64,000 bases of DNA from Salisapilia sapeloensis CBS 127946 (lineage: Eukaryota; Protista; Oomycota). The notes beneath the pieces are model-generated. The model did no database searches. It worked only from the letters and a program-made list of their open reading frames with translations, and was not told the origin of the DNA. A program made the translations under genes and the position numbers. How positions within the stretch are numbered: position 1 is the stretch's first letter; the number at the start of each line of letters is the position of its first letter. The stretch is taken from positions 36,500 to 100,499 of the forward strand of contig JAADVB010000041.1 in the NCBI GenBank assembly GCA_023334545.1, given 5' to 3'. This document shows positions 47,188 through 59,477 of this stretch, one piece after another.

Positions 47188-49170
47188 ATGTCCGACCCGC
47201 CTCCGCTCCTACGCCCTGAGCTCGTTCTAGCAGCATGTCTCCCTGACTTACACGGCGAAGCGACCACCGCCATCGCGAATATCATCAGCTCCTTCCTGGA
47301 TCGACCGGAACGCTGGAACCTTGACAAAGTCTCTGCCTTCGGCTCCTTCCGTCTCCTCGCGAGATGGCATCTCAAGCGCGGTCATGAACGACTACATTAT
47401 CGCACGTGGTACCGTGCCATGCGTATTGCGTCTGCAGTCGGGAAGCTCGACTTTTTGCAATGCATCCGGTCGTACATGCCCGATCGAATAATCCCTCGCG
47501 ACACCTTCGAGATGGCTGTAATGTATAATCATCATGACTGCCTCGCGTATCTCCAAGAGCAACGTCCGGATATTCTAGTCCCAGTTATTGGCATTTCCGG
47601 CGCTGCGTACAATGGTCATTTAGATATGCTGAAATACCTTTTGGACAACGGGATGACTCTATCGAAAGACTTTATATCCCAAGCACTCCAAGGTGCCGCT
47701 TCCCATGCTCATTTCGAGATACTCGAGTTTTTGTACGATAGTGTGATGAATGAAGTGGTGTTCAATCCGTCGAATGCCAATTTAACGCTCAAATTAGAAG
47801 AGTGGATTGTCGACCGTGCCATTAAGAAGGCTGTGGTCAAGGAACGCAAGGACGTGGTCACGTGGCTGATCGAACGTCCCTCCAAGCGAAAGAATAACAC
47901 TGGACACGACAGTGACTTGAAGCGAGGCTTCATTGCGGCGGCAGATGCAGGAAACATCGAGATGCTTGAATGGTTAGCGTCGTTCGATCAGATCAAAGTG
48001 TGTGATGAAGCTTTCGGAGCTGCGGCGGAGAATGGACATTTGGAGACAGTCAAGTGGCTCTTTGAGAATGGCTTCTCCAAACGACTCACGCCGACATTGA
48101 AACGAGCTGCGTATGGTGGACACGTCGATGTCTACGCGTACATTAGTGAGAAGCTAGAGACGCACAAGTCCGAAAGCGATGCAGCAGGACTGTCTATATT
48201 TGGTGATCAAACGATGGAAGAGCGTCGCCGAGCTGCATTGTCGTTCTGGATGTTAAAGACGACCATGGACATTGCTGCTTGTGCAGGACGGATGGAGATG
48301 CTAGAATACCTGCAGGAGCATGACCGATACGGCACGACCAAGGCAGCCATGGAAGATGCTGCCCATCGAGGTCACCTCGAAGTGCTCAAGTTCTTGAAAG
48401 AATACCAGAATATTGATTGCTCGTCTAAAGCAGCGCATGGTGCCGCCAGGAACGGACATTTGGAGTGTGTCAAGTGGATTCACGAAAACTACCCTCGTGC
48501 CATTCGATCGAGGACGCTGGACTATGCTGCTGAAAAGGGCAGTCTAGAGATCGTACAGTACCTCCACTTCAACGCAGGCACTGGATGCAGCTCTACAGCA
48601 ATGGATAAGGCAGCGGCTCGAGGACACTTCCAAGTCGTGCAGTTCCTTCATGAGCATCGGACAGAAGGATGCACGTTTGCTGCCATGGATGGTGCTGCCA
48701 CTGGAGGGTACTTATCCATCGTGGAGTATCTTCACAAGAACCGATCGGAAGGGTGCACGCATCGCGCGATGGATGGTGCTGCCAAGAACGGTCATCTGGA
48801 CGTCCTCAAGTGGTTGTTGGAAAACCGCTCGGAGGGATGCACGAACGATGCGATGCTCACGGCAAGTGCGAACGGACACTTGGACATTATGAAGTGGCTT
48901 GTGGAGAACTGCAGTTGGATGGTGACTCCGGGAGGACTGCATGGAGCGATTCAAGGCGGGTATTTGGATGAGATCAAATGGATGCATGAAGAGCATGGGG
49001 AAATCTTAACGAGAAGCTCGAGGAAAATGGCCGAGGACAAAGGGTATTGGCACATTGCGCAGTACATTCGAGAGAGATTGCCATCAGGGTATTCGCGTGA
49101 ACAAGTGCACTACGAAGACCACTCTCACAGTGATCTGCTTGCCAACTATTTTCTAGCGGAGAACCTGTAG
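47188..49170 (+). CDS. Ankyrin-repeat protein (oomycete expanded type)
   Basis: Single ORF with repeated CT..AMD.AA.NGHLDVLKWL.ENRSEG units. Confidence 0.9.
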   Translation: MSDPPPLLRPELVLAACLPDLHGEATTAIANIISSFLDRPERWNLDKVSAFGSFRLLARWHLKRGHERLHYRTWYRAMRIASAVGKLDFLQCIRSYMPDRIIPRDTFEMAVMYNHHDCLAYLQEQRPDILVPVIGISGAAYNGHLDMLKYLLDNGMTLSKDFISQALQGAASHAHFEILEFLYDSVMNEVVFNPSNANLTLKLEEWIVDRAIKKAVVKERKDVVTWLIERPSKRKNNTGHDSDLKRGFIAAADAGNIEMLEWLASFDQIKVCDEAFGAAAENGHLETVKWLFENGFSKRLTPTLKRAAYGGHVDVYAYISEKLETHKSESDAAGLSIFGDQTMEERRRAALSFWMLKTTMDIAACAGRMEMLEYLQEHDRYGTTKAAMEDAAHRGHLEVLKFLKEYQNIDCSSKAAHGAARNGHLECVKWIHENYPRAIRSRTLDYAAEKGSLEIVQYLHFNAGTGCSSTAMDKAAARGHFQVVQFLHEHRTEGCTFAAMDGAATGGYLSIVEYLHKNRSEGCTHRAMDGAAKNGHLDVLKWLLENRSEGCTNDAMLTASANGHLDIMKWLVENCSWMVTPGGLHGAIQGGYLDEIKWMHEEHGEILTRSSRKMAEDKGYWHIAQYIRERLPSGYSREQVHYEDHSHSDLLANYFLAENL

Positions 49171-49392
49171 GACGGAGACAAGTATAGGACTGAATTTGAC
49201 ATGAAATCCAATTGAAAACAAGTACATGAAGCTCAAAGTTGATCTAATCCTTGTATTTGCGCTGATAAAAGTGGAAATGTAAAAAGGTGAAACGAAAATG
49301 AGTTGTAAAAGTTCAATTTCAGTAGAGTACGTTGCACGAAAACACCTTGAGTCGGAAACTAAAGGACGAGTCCTGGTACAAGTGGACACCAT

Positions 49393-52300
49393 CTAGTCAT
49401 CCCGATTCTTCTTCTTCTTGCTCACGCGCTTGACCTTGACGACCTTCGGGGTCGACGAAGCAGCTTCGTTCGCAAACAGCTTGGACACTTCGAGTCCTGC
49501 CGTGAAGGCGTTGTTGAACATGACGCGCTGCTGGAAGGCACTGACGAACGGCAGGAACATGGACACGAAGAGCACGGGACCGAAGATAATCCAGCCGACC
49601 CATCGGTCGAACATGAGAGCCATTGAACGAACCACGACGTGGCCGGACTGTCCGCGGATAATGCACATCTGCGTGAACCAGTAGGCAGCCAAAAGAACCA
49701 CGACGGCGTACTGGACCAAGTGGACGAACGAGATGAAGAACAGGGAGACGATTGCGAGGATGAGGCCGAAGCATGTAAGCACGAACTTCATCTTACGCAG
49801 TTTCTTCTGCTTGAACGTCATCTTCTTCTTAATCCGACTCGCCATGTACACGACGCACACTAGAAGCAGCATGAGGACCAGGAGCAAGCCCGAAAGAGCG
49901 TACGACATGATGTCGTCCTTTGAGATCGTCAAGTTCTGGCTCTCGTAGTACGCATTGTACGTCGCTCGGAGGTAGATGCCGTAAGCGAGGAAGAAGAAAC
50001 GCGTCTTTCGGACCATCGAGACGAATCGCTTGAAAGGCGTCGAGTGCTCCAAGTACTCAAGTTCACTCTGGTACCATCCGACCCAACTCTGGGCAGAGTC
50101 GTTGGACGTCTGGAGCCAGTTCTGCCAGTCATTGTAGTCCTCGATGAGCTTGTCCCAGTCCAATCCGCTCGGATTGAAGAAGAACGGAGCCCAACACCAG
50201 GTTGCAGCAATGATCCACAGTGAGAAGGACATGATCCAGTAGTTCTGGTTCGTCGGTTGCACACAGCTCTGGTAGTAGTTGGCATAGCAACGTTCCTGCC
50301 AGTTCAAGTCCGATGGCTTCTGGTACTGGTAGAACTCAGCGTCCTTCGTCCAAGAGCAGTTGCACCAAGAGAACGTTCCGTAGGCAGCGAACAAAATCAG
50401 CAAAAAGAGGAGCTCCACGGCACGGTAAAAGTGCGTGAACGCGTAGAATCGGAAGAGTTCAGCGAACTTCTCGTGCTTGATCGTGAAACCACGACCAGTA
50501 GCACGGTACTTAGCACCACCATGCAGCAACGTACGGTCGAAGTAGTGCATACGAGTACCCATTTGGAACGTGAAGAACAGCGGACCGAGGGTAATGACAT
50601 TCCAAATCAAGTACGTCACACCATGTCGGAAACCACGCTCGACACCGACGACGGCAATGACGGGGACGACAAGCAGGAAACCGAACTGGAACGCCCAGGA
50701 AGTGTTTAATGCACCTCCAATACCAAGACCACCTCGGCTGAGGAAGTACTCGTCCATACCACTTAGGGCCATGTACACTTTACCGTAGATGAAGAAGTAG
50801 ATACCAACAACAGTCATGGTCTGGGTAAAGTACCATCCCAAGTTACCATAGAACCACGAGTGGAGACGGAAGAAGTCGAGACGAGAAGCCATACGCATGG
50901 CATCGCGAGACACGACACACTCACCGGCACCGGATGACAGCTTAGATTCGAACTGAGTCAGCTGCTGCATACCGACATCACGACCCTTGCCGACTTGGAT
51001 GAACTCTTCGTGAGAGACACGTCCACCACGTAGCGTCGTGTTGAAACCGGCGAAAATATCTTCTGACAGGTTGATACCCTTGGAAGCCTTGGCAGTACCT
51101 CCCGTTCCCATGGCAAATAATTTGTCAAAGATATCGGGGTGACCATAGTGCTGACGGACGTGGAATCGAGAGAGCATACGCTGACCAAGCGACACGAAGG
51201 ACAGTTCCTGAATGGACATGAAACTGGCCAAGTTGGAGACACCGCCCGTGAAAACGTGTTCACGGAAACCGATAATCGTCAGTGGCTTCTTGCCAGTGTG
51301 TCCATCCATAGTCGAGAGCAAGTTGGGCATCTTAAGACACTCTTCCAAGTACCCATCTTGGTTCATATCGATACACTGGATGAGCTCACCACGAGAGAAG
51401 ATGACGGCGTGGTTCTGGTTCTCTGGCTTACCTTCTCCGATAACTGGGTTACCAGGAAGCTCCACACGGTACACCTCTGCAGTTTCTTCACCTTGGGACC
51501 GAATGAGCACAGAGTAGAACTTGGGCGGGCCGTCCTTGATTTTCTTCGGTCCATCGACATAGGCCACACGCAACGTCGGATGCTTTCGGAGGAGGAACTC
51601 AATGTCCGCTGCCTGTTGCTTCTGTCCGTCCTTTTGCTTACCAAAGATCTGACACGTACAGACGTAGTTGAACTTGAGAGCAACCATTTCTTCCAGACGC
51701 TTGCACTTGTTGCACGGACATCCGTACTGGTGCATGACTTCGTTTTCACAAATCTCGAGCCAGTGGAGGAACCGGATGGCGTCCTCATTGTACATCATAC
51801 CACGCACCGTTCTTGCAAGCGTCTGACCTCGGTAACTGGCCCACATCTGGACCTCTTCCGGGTTCTTCTTCAATGCATCATCCATGTCCTTGGCACCAAT
51901 ACGTTCCAACAGGTTATCCCACTCAAAGCCATAGATCGTCTTGAGGTAGTAGAGCAGTTTTAAACCGTCATCGTTCGCTGTCGTCAAGTCCTTCACCGAG
52001 TACATGACAATTTCACTGTAGTACGGCGTGGCGACACTCAAAGATCGGATCTTACGAATGGGTTTCGCATCCGGCATGTCCATGAAGAGGGAATTAGCAA
52101 AGAATCGAAGACGTCGACGTCCTTCCTCCGACCTTGGTTCGGCATCAAAGTTGTCCACCGTAAGCAACTGGTAGGCGCGAGAGACAATGTCCAGAGCTGC
52201 CTCGGAATTGACAAGCTTCTGGAGCTGCATGTTGGCATACTGCTGAGCGTCTCCTGGGAAGAAGAAGGAGCGTTGTTTCAACGGCGTGTCGTTCAGAATC

Positions 52301-55300
52301 TGGACGAGGTTCTCCTGTTTGTTCAACACCTTTTTCATGCATCCGATCACAGCCTCGACACAGTCAATGACTCGATACAAGGCGCGTTGGAACTTAATGC
52401 TGTTGTCTCCAGAGCTCTTCGGCACTTCCAATAACGCTTTCATCAACTCAGCAGCAGCAGCACGACATTCGTCCAAAGCCTTGAGGTTCAAAGCCTTCAA
52501 CGCCTGCTGTTGCGCCACTTGCTCCTCCATGAACTCAAAGCACTCGTGCAAGTCCTTGTGTTCATCTCCGAGTAGGAAACGGATGGCTTGGGAAGCAAAC
52601 TTGTACGATCCGTTGATGCTCTGGATACGCAAATCGTCCTTGAGCAGACGCTCGCGCATCGTTGTCTCGATCTTTTGCAAAGTCTTATCCTTCTTCTTCT
52701 TATCTGTACGCAGACGTTCGTAGACAGCTGAGCACTCGGTGATAATGTCAATCGATTCGTCCAACTTGCCAGCCGTGAGGAAGGCAGGAGGGTACAGCTT
52801 TCGGTTATCCGCTCCCTTCGAGTCGATCAAGTAGCTCAGTACGTTGAGTTCACGGTCGCTGATGACATCGGCTTCTCGGAGACTGGTGAGGCATCGGTTC
52901 CAGGCCATGGCGAATGGAATCGTACGTTCGAACTCGGCGCCGCTAACACCAGTGACAGATCCAAGGACCGAAGCACGGTTGCTCTGAGACGCTTCCTGGT
53001 CATTCGGCGTCTTGATCTCATTGTACAGATTATCATTCCCTTGCTCCAACAGGTTCGAGTACATTTGTGCCTTGACCGTCAGAGGTTTCACATTGTCCGC
53101 CATCGACACACGTTCAAACGTTCGTACAGGCATGGCACCATCTTCTTCCTGTGCTCCCTTCTTCCCCTTCTTTCCTTTCTTTGATTTTTTCTCCTCCACG
53201 TCGGCAATGTTCGGCACAATCTTCTTGTTAAAGACTCGCGGAATCGACTTGAACGAGAGACGGAGTACTCGGAACGATCGGAGTTCACCAATACGAAGGT
53301 TGAAACCAGCAAAGGAACCGAAGATGACGGACAGGATCGAATAGAAGATCTGGGCGTCGTACATGAAGACGAAGAAGCTCGGAAGCCACAAGAACAGGAT
53401 GTAGATAATGTTGTGGAAGGAAGCCTGGACCATGAAGTTCGAGTACGGAAGGTAATCATCCGGATCGGCGTACCAGATGAACAGCGTCGTCTCGACGAGG
53501 TTCTTAATCATGAACTGGTAGTCGAACGTCAGTTTGATCAGGAACAAGAGCAGCCAGAAGCACGTGTAGCGACAATAGATCTTAAACGGCACTGGCAGAG
53601 ATCGACCGACGTATCCAGCACCCATACGAGACGTCACGCGGTTGGCAAGCTCACAGACAATAGCGAGAGCGACAAAGGCAGCTCCTCCAAACATGGCCAA
53701 AGCGCCGTTGTCCTGTCGCGCTTCATCGTAATAGTCGTCAATTTTACCGGACCCCATGGTCAATAGTCCCATGATCAAGTCCATGACCTTGCCATTGTTA
53801 ATCAGACTCGGGATATCCAGTTGGCAGACTTCGCAGTTAAGACGACCAGGACCAGGCTTGTTGATCACGTACTCGACTTGCTTACGCCATGCCGGCACAC
53901 ACAGACTCTGATCGTACCTGAACGTCTCTTCCGTCACCATCGTGTTTTCATTCACTTTGACAGATGATCCGGTCTCGCCAAAGCACTTGGTCAACAAGTC
54001 GAGGTAACATCCGCATCGACCAGAGGATTCCTGGACACAGTATGTGTACGGAACTTGGGTCAAGACAGCTTTGAAATCGATCGGTGCGACGGAGAACGTC
54101 TCGCCTTCAATGTACTGGATGCCGAGACAACTCGCAAGCATTGGCTGACTGCACATGGTGCCTGCATAGTTACTTCCAGAGCCAGAGCCATTGTCTGATG
54201 CAGAAGCATCGTCCTCTGGGTTCATCGATGTCGACTCGAACTCGTCCGTGTACGGCGAGGCGGTAAAGTTCTTTCCGAAAACCGTGAACGAACGCGTGCC
54301 ATCGGACGACATGTCCGGGGCGTATAAGATGGACGTGTCCGGGCAGAACATGACCATGTTCACGGTGAAGCCAACGACTGCCATGAACAAGGCGCAGTTG
54401 CAGAAGAAGATACGGCGGAAGGACATGATGGCACTCACCCACGTACGCTTCTCGGTGTACGTTTTCTTGACCGTCTTTGGCTTGCCCTTCTTGTCGACCG
54501 TGCCAAAGGCCTCAGCAATGTTCGTCAGGTTGTACTTGAGACACTTTTTGTTCCAGAAGAACTCGTTAAAGTCATCGTAGTTACGGATCTCGGCGTGAAA
54601 AGCACGAGCACCCTTGGCTGTCTTCTTCGCGTTGTCCTTGACGATCTCGTCGTACATTGGCCGAATAACTTCGTTGAGGAATGTTCCAGGCTCCTTGTTC
54701 CCGCCGCGACTGCCAGCGTCTCCAATCATGTTGTGGATGATGAAACAGAGAAGCTCTGGCGTCTGACGAAAGTTACCAGCTTCACCCCAGATGAGGAAGA
54801 AGAGGGCACAGTCGACCACCGGGTCGTTCGTGAACTTTGGCTTCTGACCAACGTACTTGCACCATTTCGAGTAGTTGTCAAAGATACGGTCGTGCAGATT
54901 TTTGGCTCCCTTTTGGGCCAAATCCGCTTCGACACTCGGGTCACGACGACTCGTGCCTTCATCCGGAGCTTGGCCGGCTTGCTTTGCGTCCTCTGCCTGC
55001 TCCTTAAAGTTGGTCAAGAGCATCATCAGATGCTCTCTCTGGTTCTGGACGTTGGAATCTTGGAAACCAAAGGTGGATTTCAAGGACTCGAACACATCGC
55101 CGTGGCTGGAAGAGCTACAGTTTTAAACGGAGAATTAGTATATGATACCATACATATTACGAAATGCACGTAAACCCATGTAGCTATACGTACTTCATCA
55201 CGAGTTGCTGAACGGATGTGTAAATGTGTGGGAGGGCATCCATGTCAATAATGTTGTACTTGGTGTGATTGCCTCTTCCACCGCCGCCTCCAGCTGCGTT

Positions 55301-55606
55301 CTTCTCACGCTGACTTTTAATCATCTTCACGTATCGGTTCATCTTGTTGTTCAGACGCTTCGACGCGTCCTTCTCTTCATCTGTACGGTACTCAATAGCC
55401 AAGGCTTCTTCCATAATCTGGACGGCTCGCGTGAGCTTTTCCTCGGCGCCTGCCATATCCGGTGGGGAAGCGTTCTGCATCGCAACTCCAGCATTGACAA
55501 GCTCCATGCCCTCGTCGCACATCTTCTTCTGCCTCCGCAGATCCTTGCTCTGCTGCATCACGTCATCGCTTTCACCGCCGCTACTGTCTCCGCCCGAACG
55601 CCCCAT
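49393..55606 (-). CDS. FKS1: 1,3-beta-glucan (callose) synthase, GT48, ~2044 aa, 2 exons
   Basis: Exon 55606-55194, intron 55193-55115 (GTACGT...CTGTAG), exon 55114-49393. GT48 motifs FGFQDSNVQNQREHL, NYDDFNEFFW, RRRLRFFANSL, WASYRGQTLARTVRGMMY, GEGKPENQNHA, DMNQDGY, HYGHPD, SEDIFAG and QVGKGRDVG. Confidence 0.96.
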
Positions 55607-58176
55607 GCTCGATGCTGTCTTGCTTTCAATGAAAGTGGCACTTTAGACGACCTAGAGGCAAATGTACGTGCAAAGGGTTTCGAAACTGCCGTGCAAACCT
55701 TTGTAGGTTTCACTACCACGCGAAGCAAAGAGGTAAAACAGCAAATGCTCGCAGCAGCGCGGATTTTAGGTTGTGACTCGTAGATGGAGGCACGCCACCA
55801 GAGATGTATCGTTCGATTGCAAGAGAGCCTGTGAAAATCCATAGTAGACGGGCAGTAGGACAGCTGTTGTAGATACAAAGCAGGTTCTTTTAGACCCTTT
55901 AAAATGTGATAGATTTAGAAAAAGCATGATACATTCCGGAATTATGAATAACAGGTGACTGGGGCTTCGTCCTCTTGTAAAGATCTGAATCAGCCGACGC
56001 TGATCGAGGGCAGTGAATGCCATTTTCGCCTTCTCATTGATCAGATGTCAGCGACCAGATTAATGCCAACCTACGCGCTTTCTCACGACCGATGGGTTAT
56101 GTACTGGAAATTCATGGGATCCGAGCGGATATTTTAGGTAGGTACACATCTTCCATATTACATGGCCAGCAATGAAATCAACCTAGGTACTCGAACGAAA
56201 GGCAGAGAGAGCGCCGCTTCGTTATACACTGATTGAGCATAAAAGCATTGTCATATTTCAAAGGGACATGAAACTATGCGAAGCACTAATGTGCCACGAC
56301 ATGCCCGTGCTTCGTACGAAATGTACAAATTGGCGCCGGAGTTCCCGGCTCAGTCTACTAGATGAGGCCATCAAAGTCTCAAAACTAGCGCAGGACGTGT
56401 CAATCTACTCCGGATTCATCTGTACTTATATCCGTGGCAATAATAGAATCGTGTTGGCATCTACTCGAGCCTTGTTGAGATATCTCACGAGATGCTGTCG
56501 CTTAATCGGACTGCCACATGTCTACAACGTGGATACGAGAGCAAGCGTACGGCAGTCCTGTCGTGCACCACCAGATACTTTAGTATCCAATCTTCGCACC
56601 ATTACCACGCTAAACAGGATATCATTAGCATGCCTGTATACATACGCACCTGTAAATGCTGGTGCCTAGATAGCGAGGAGCTTCCGTACGATTGAAAACA
56701 AAAAGATCCGAGCATATCTGCTTTGGGGATTGAAGATGGATCGCCAGATGTATATCTTTCAGAAAAGATACAAATAGATTGGTTCGATGTCGAGTTCGCA
56801 AAGCCAATCCAGGATTAACCAGTGTTCCATGCATTGCATTCGATAGATGAGTGGAAGTAGGCGGTATATGGCGATTTATCTTTGCATACATCGCTGTTCA
56901 TACAGTCAAATCTTGGCAGATACACAAGTTCAAATCGGCTACATCCTTCTAAGCACTGTAAAAGCAGGAAATACTTCAATTAGCGAAAATGCACCGATGA
57001 GCAAGTATTATGCTGAATACATATCAACATGAGTGGCGTTTGCTCAGGAAACACGGTCTAAAGAATGTGAAGTGAAAGAGACACTGAACGAAATGAGATT
57101 GCTTACGTTATAAGTGTGCTTGAGCTATCTTCAATCTAGTGTTCGATGTAAAAGACTGAAGACCGAGCGAAGTGGACGATGGTCATAAAATGATCATGCT
57201 TGGGATACAGCGTCTACAATTTTACACTTAACGCTTGTAAGGAAACTCGCTCGATGCAAATGGAGTGGTAAAGGCGTGCTATGGCGCATTTTGCGACGAG
57301 ATAACGCTGCACCTTGTAAATATTTTCTAAATGTACATTGCTTTGAACTATACGTTGTTCGACTGCGTTAAGTCCCTTAAAATGAATTGAACATTTAGCT
57401 CTCCTTCCATGCTCCTTTGCTTTCTATATATACAGCGTATGCAAAGTATCTTGCTAGAGACCCATGTCAAAATCTATTTGAAGCTATTGGTAATCAACCT
57501 AGAAGTCTCCAAATGCAATATATGAACCAATGATACGTTTGCCGCTTTCCACTCGCAACTACGGTGTATCCAGCCTTAGCTACTAAGGTTCGTTCAAACA
57601 ATGTACCGATAACTAGGAGTGAAGAAGAGAATGCTGCTTTGGATGCACAATTGACTTAGATGTAGATGTAACCGATATGTATCCTATGCATGTCCTGATA
57701 CTTCTTGTCATCAAAGAGGTTTTAAGTGGATACAAAAGTCGAGTCTACACGGCGAACAGCCTGAGCGTAAGCGTAGAATGTAGCCGACTACAGCATGTTG
57801 CCAGAAGCTGTGTCTGTAATTGATTTCTTGCTAGTTCCTCGTTTCAGCAAGCTTCCAAAGTATGGGATTTACTTGTTTTAATGATCCGTTGGGGTTGGAT
57901 TTCCGCAGTCTTCTACCTTGCGGGTCAAAAAGAGAATGCCTTTGGACACCATTCTACTCTTGTACTTTGTAATGGTAAACTTTTGATTACCTTTCATCTT
58001 CTTGTCTATAAGGAGTAATCGCACAAGTCTTACTCAAGCTAAATACAAATACACGCTTTCCAGAAAGGTAACTAAAGCAGTTTGAACTGATCTACTTAAC
58101 GCTATTGCCAATAAAGCGATAGGATTGTGCAAACCTTCGCAGAGTGCTGTAGAATGTTTGTCGTACATGCATGACT

Positions 58177-58306
58177 GGCCCATTGGCCCAGTTGATATAC
58201 TTGAATAAGACATTTTCATTCGCTATTATTATAATATGGGTTAAGGTTTATGGGCCGGCCCAGGTCTAGGGTGGCCCAGTGGCCCACTCTTTCAAGATAA
58301 GGCCCA
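58177..58306. promoter_or_regulatory. Cluster of seven GGCCCA hexamers upstream of PDX1
   Basis: GGCCCA at 58177, 58185, 58257, 58273, 58281 and 58301, plus its reverse complement TGGGCC at 58251, in otherwise AT-rich DNA. An Inr-like CCATTTC lies at 58325-58331. Confidence 0.6.
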
Positions 58307-58379
58307 AGATTATTGGAGGTTTCACCATTTCCAATCTTGGAGCTGAGTACTCACATCGAAAAACGCAAACAAGCCGACA

Positions 58380-59303
58380 ATGGCTTCTCAGAACTCTACC
58401 AATGAAACGACGGAAGGCACGTTCACCGTCAAGAGCGGACTCGCTCGTATGCTCAAAGGTGGCGTTATCATGGATGTCACGACCGCTGAGCAGGCTCGAA
58501 TTGCTGAAAAGGCCGGTGCCGTCGCTGTCATGGCCCTCGAACGTATTCCGGCTGACATTCGATCCGACGGTGGTGTAGCTCGCATGAGTGATCCGTCTAT
58601 GATTGCCGAGATCCAGAAAGCTGTAACGATCCCGGTCATGGCAAAGGTTCGCATTGGACACTTCGTCGAGGCGCAGTTGCTACAGGCGCAAGAGATTGAC
58701 TACATCGATGAGAGCGAAGTGCTCACAATGGCTGACGAAGAAAATCACATTGACAAGCACCAATTCCAGGTACCGTACGTCTGCGGTTGCCGTGATCTTG
58801 GTGAAGCCTTGCGTCGCATTACCGAAGGTGCTGCCATGCTCCGTACGAAGGGAGAGGCCGGCACTGGTAATGTTGTGGAAGCTGTTCGTCACGCCCGAGC
58901 AGTTCAGCGTGGTATTCGTCGTCTGACAGCATTGTCTAAGGACGAGCTCTACGTGGCTGCAAAAGAGATGCAGGCTCCGTACGAGTTGGTCAAGCAAGTG
59001 GCAGAGACTGGTCGTCTGCCAGTCGTGAACTTTGCTGCTGGCGGAGTTGCTACGCCAGCGGATGCTGCGTTGATGATGCAGCTTGGTATGGATGGTGTTT
59101 TTGTTGGCTCTGGCATCTTCAAGAGCGGAGACCCGGAGAAGAGAGCCAAAGCGATGGTCCAAGCTGTGACTCACTACAACGACCCGAAGACCTTGCTGGA
59201 AATCAGCACTGGCCTCGGTGAAGCAATGGTAGGCGTTCAGGACTTGAAGAAGGCGCAGGTCAACTTTCGTGACCGTGAAGGACAGTTGAAAGGAGCTTGG
59301 TAG
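58380..59303 (+). CDS. PDX1: Pyridoxal 5'-phosphate synthase subunit PDX1 (SNZ/PdxS)
   Basis: LKGGVIMDV...[29 protein letters not shown]...[15 protein letters not shown]...RTKGEAGTG...[33 protein letters not shown]. Confidence 0.98.
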   Translation: MASQNSTNETTEGTFTVKSGLARMLKGGVIMDVTTAEQARIAEKAGAVAVMALERIPADIRSDGGVARMSDPSMIAEIQKAVTIPVMAKVRIGHFVEAQLLQAQEIDYIDESEVLTMADEENHIDKHQFQVPYVCGCRDLGEALRRITEGAAMLRTKGEAGTGNVVEAVRHARAVQRGIRRLTALSKDELYVAAKEMQAPYELVKQVAETGRLPVVNFAAGGVATPADAALMMQLGMDGVFVGSGIFKSGDPEKRAKAMVQAVTHYNDPKTLLEISTGLGEAMVGVQDLKKAQVNFRDREGQLKGAW

Positions 59304-59477
59304 AAAAATGAATGTAAAACGTTTTAAGATCACATTTCAAAGTTATGGCTTTTGATTGTCTTGCAGATTTTGTGGACGTGATAATCGAGTTACTACGTTC
59401 CAACGTCCTTATACTTTTGATGCACATCAAACTTTGACACGAAAAACGATCGAGCTCAGGTGAGCTAAAAACAATTT

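Noticed and set aside
49397-55783. Long antisense/alternative-frame ORFs over the glucan synthase (e.g. 51139-51963, 274 aa)
   Set aside because: Expected by-product of strong C/G third-position bias; no independent motifs.
56492-56860. Possible Ulp1/C48 protease relic (DIISMPVYI…CWCLDS)
   Set aside because: The catalytic His and QxxxxxCG motif are not visible; the resemblance is superficial.
58680-59333. 217-aa antisense ORF over PDX1
   Set aside because: Shadow of a highly conserved, codon-biased gene.
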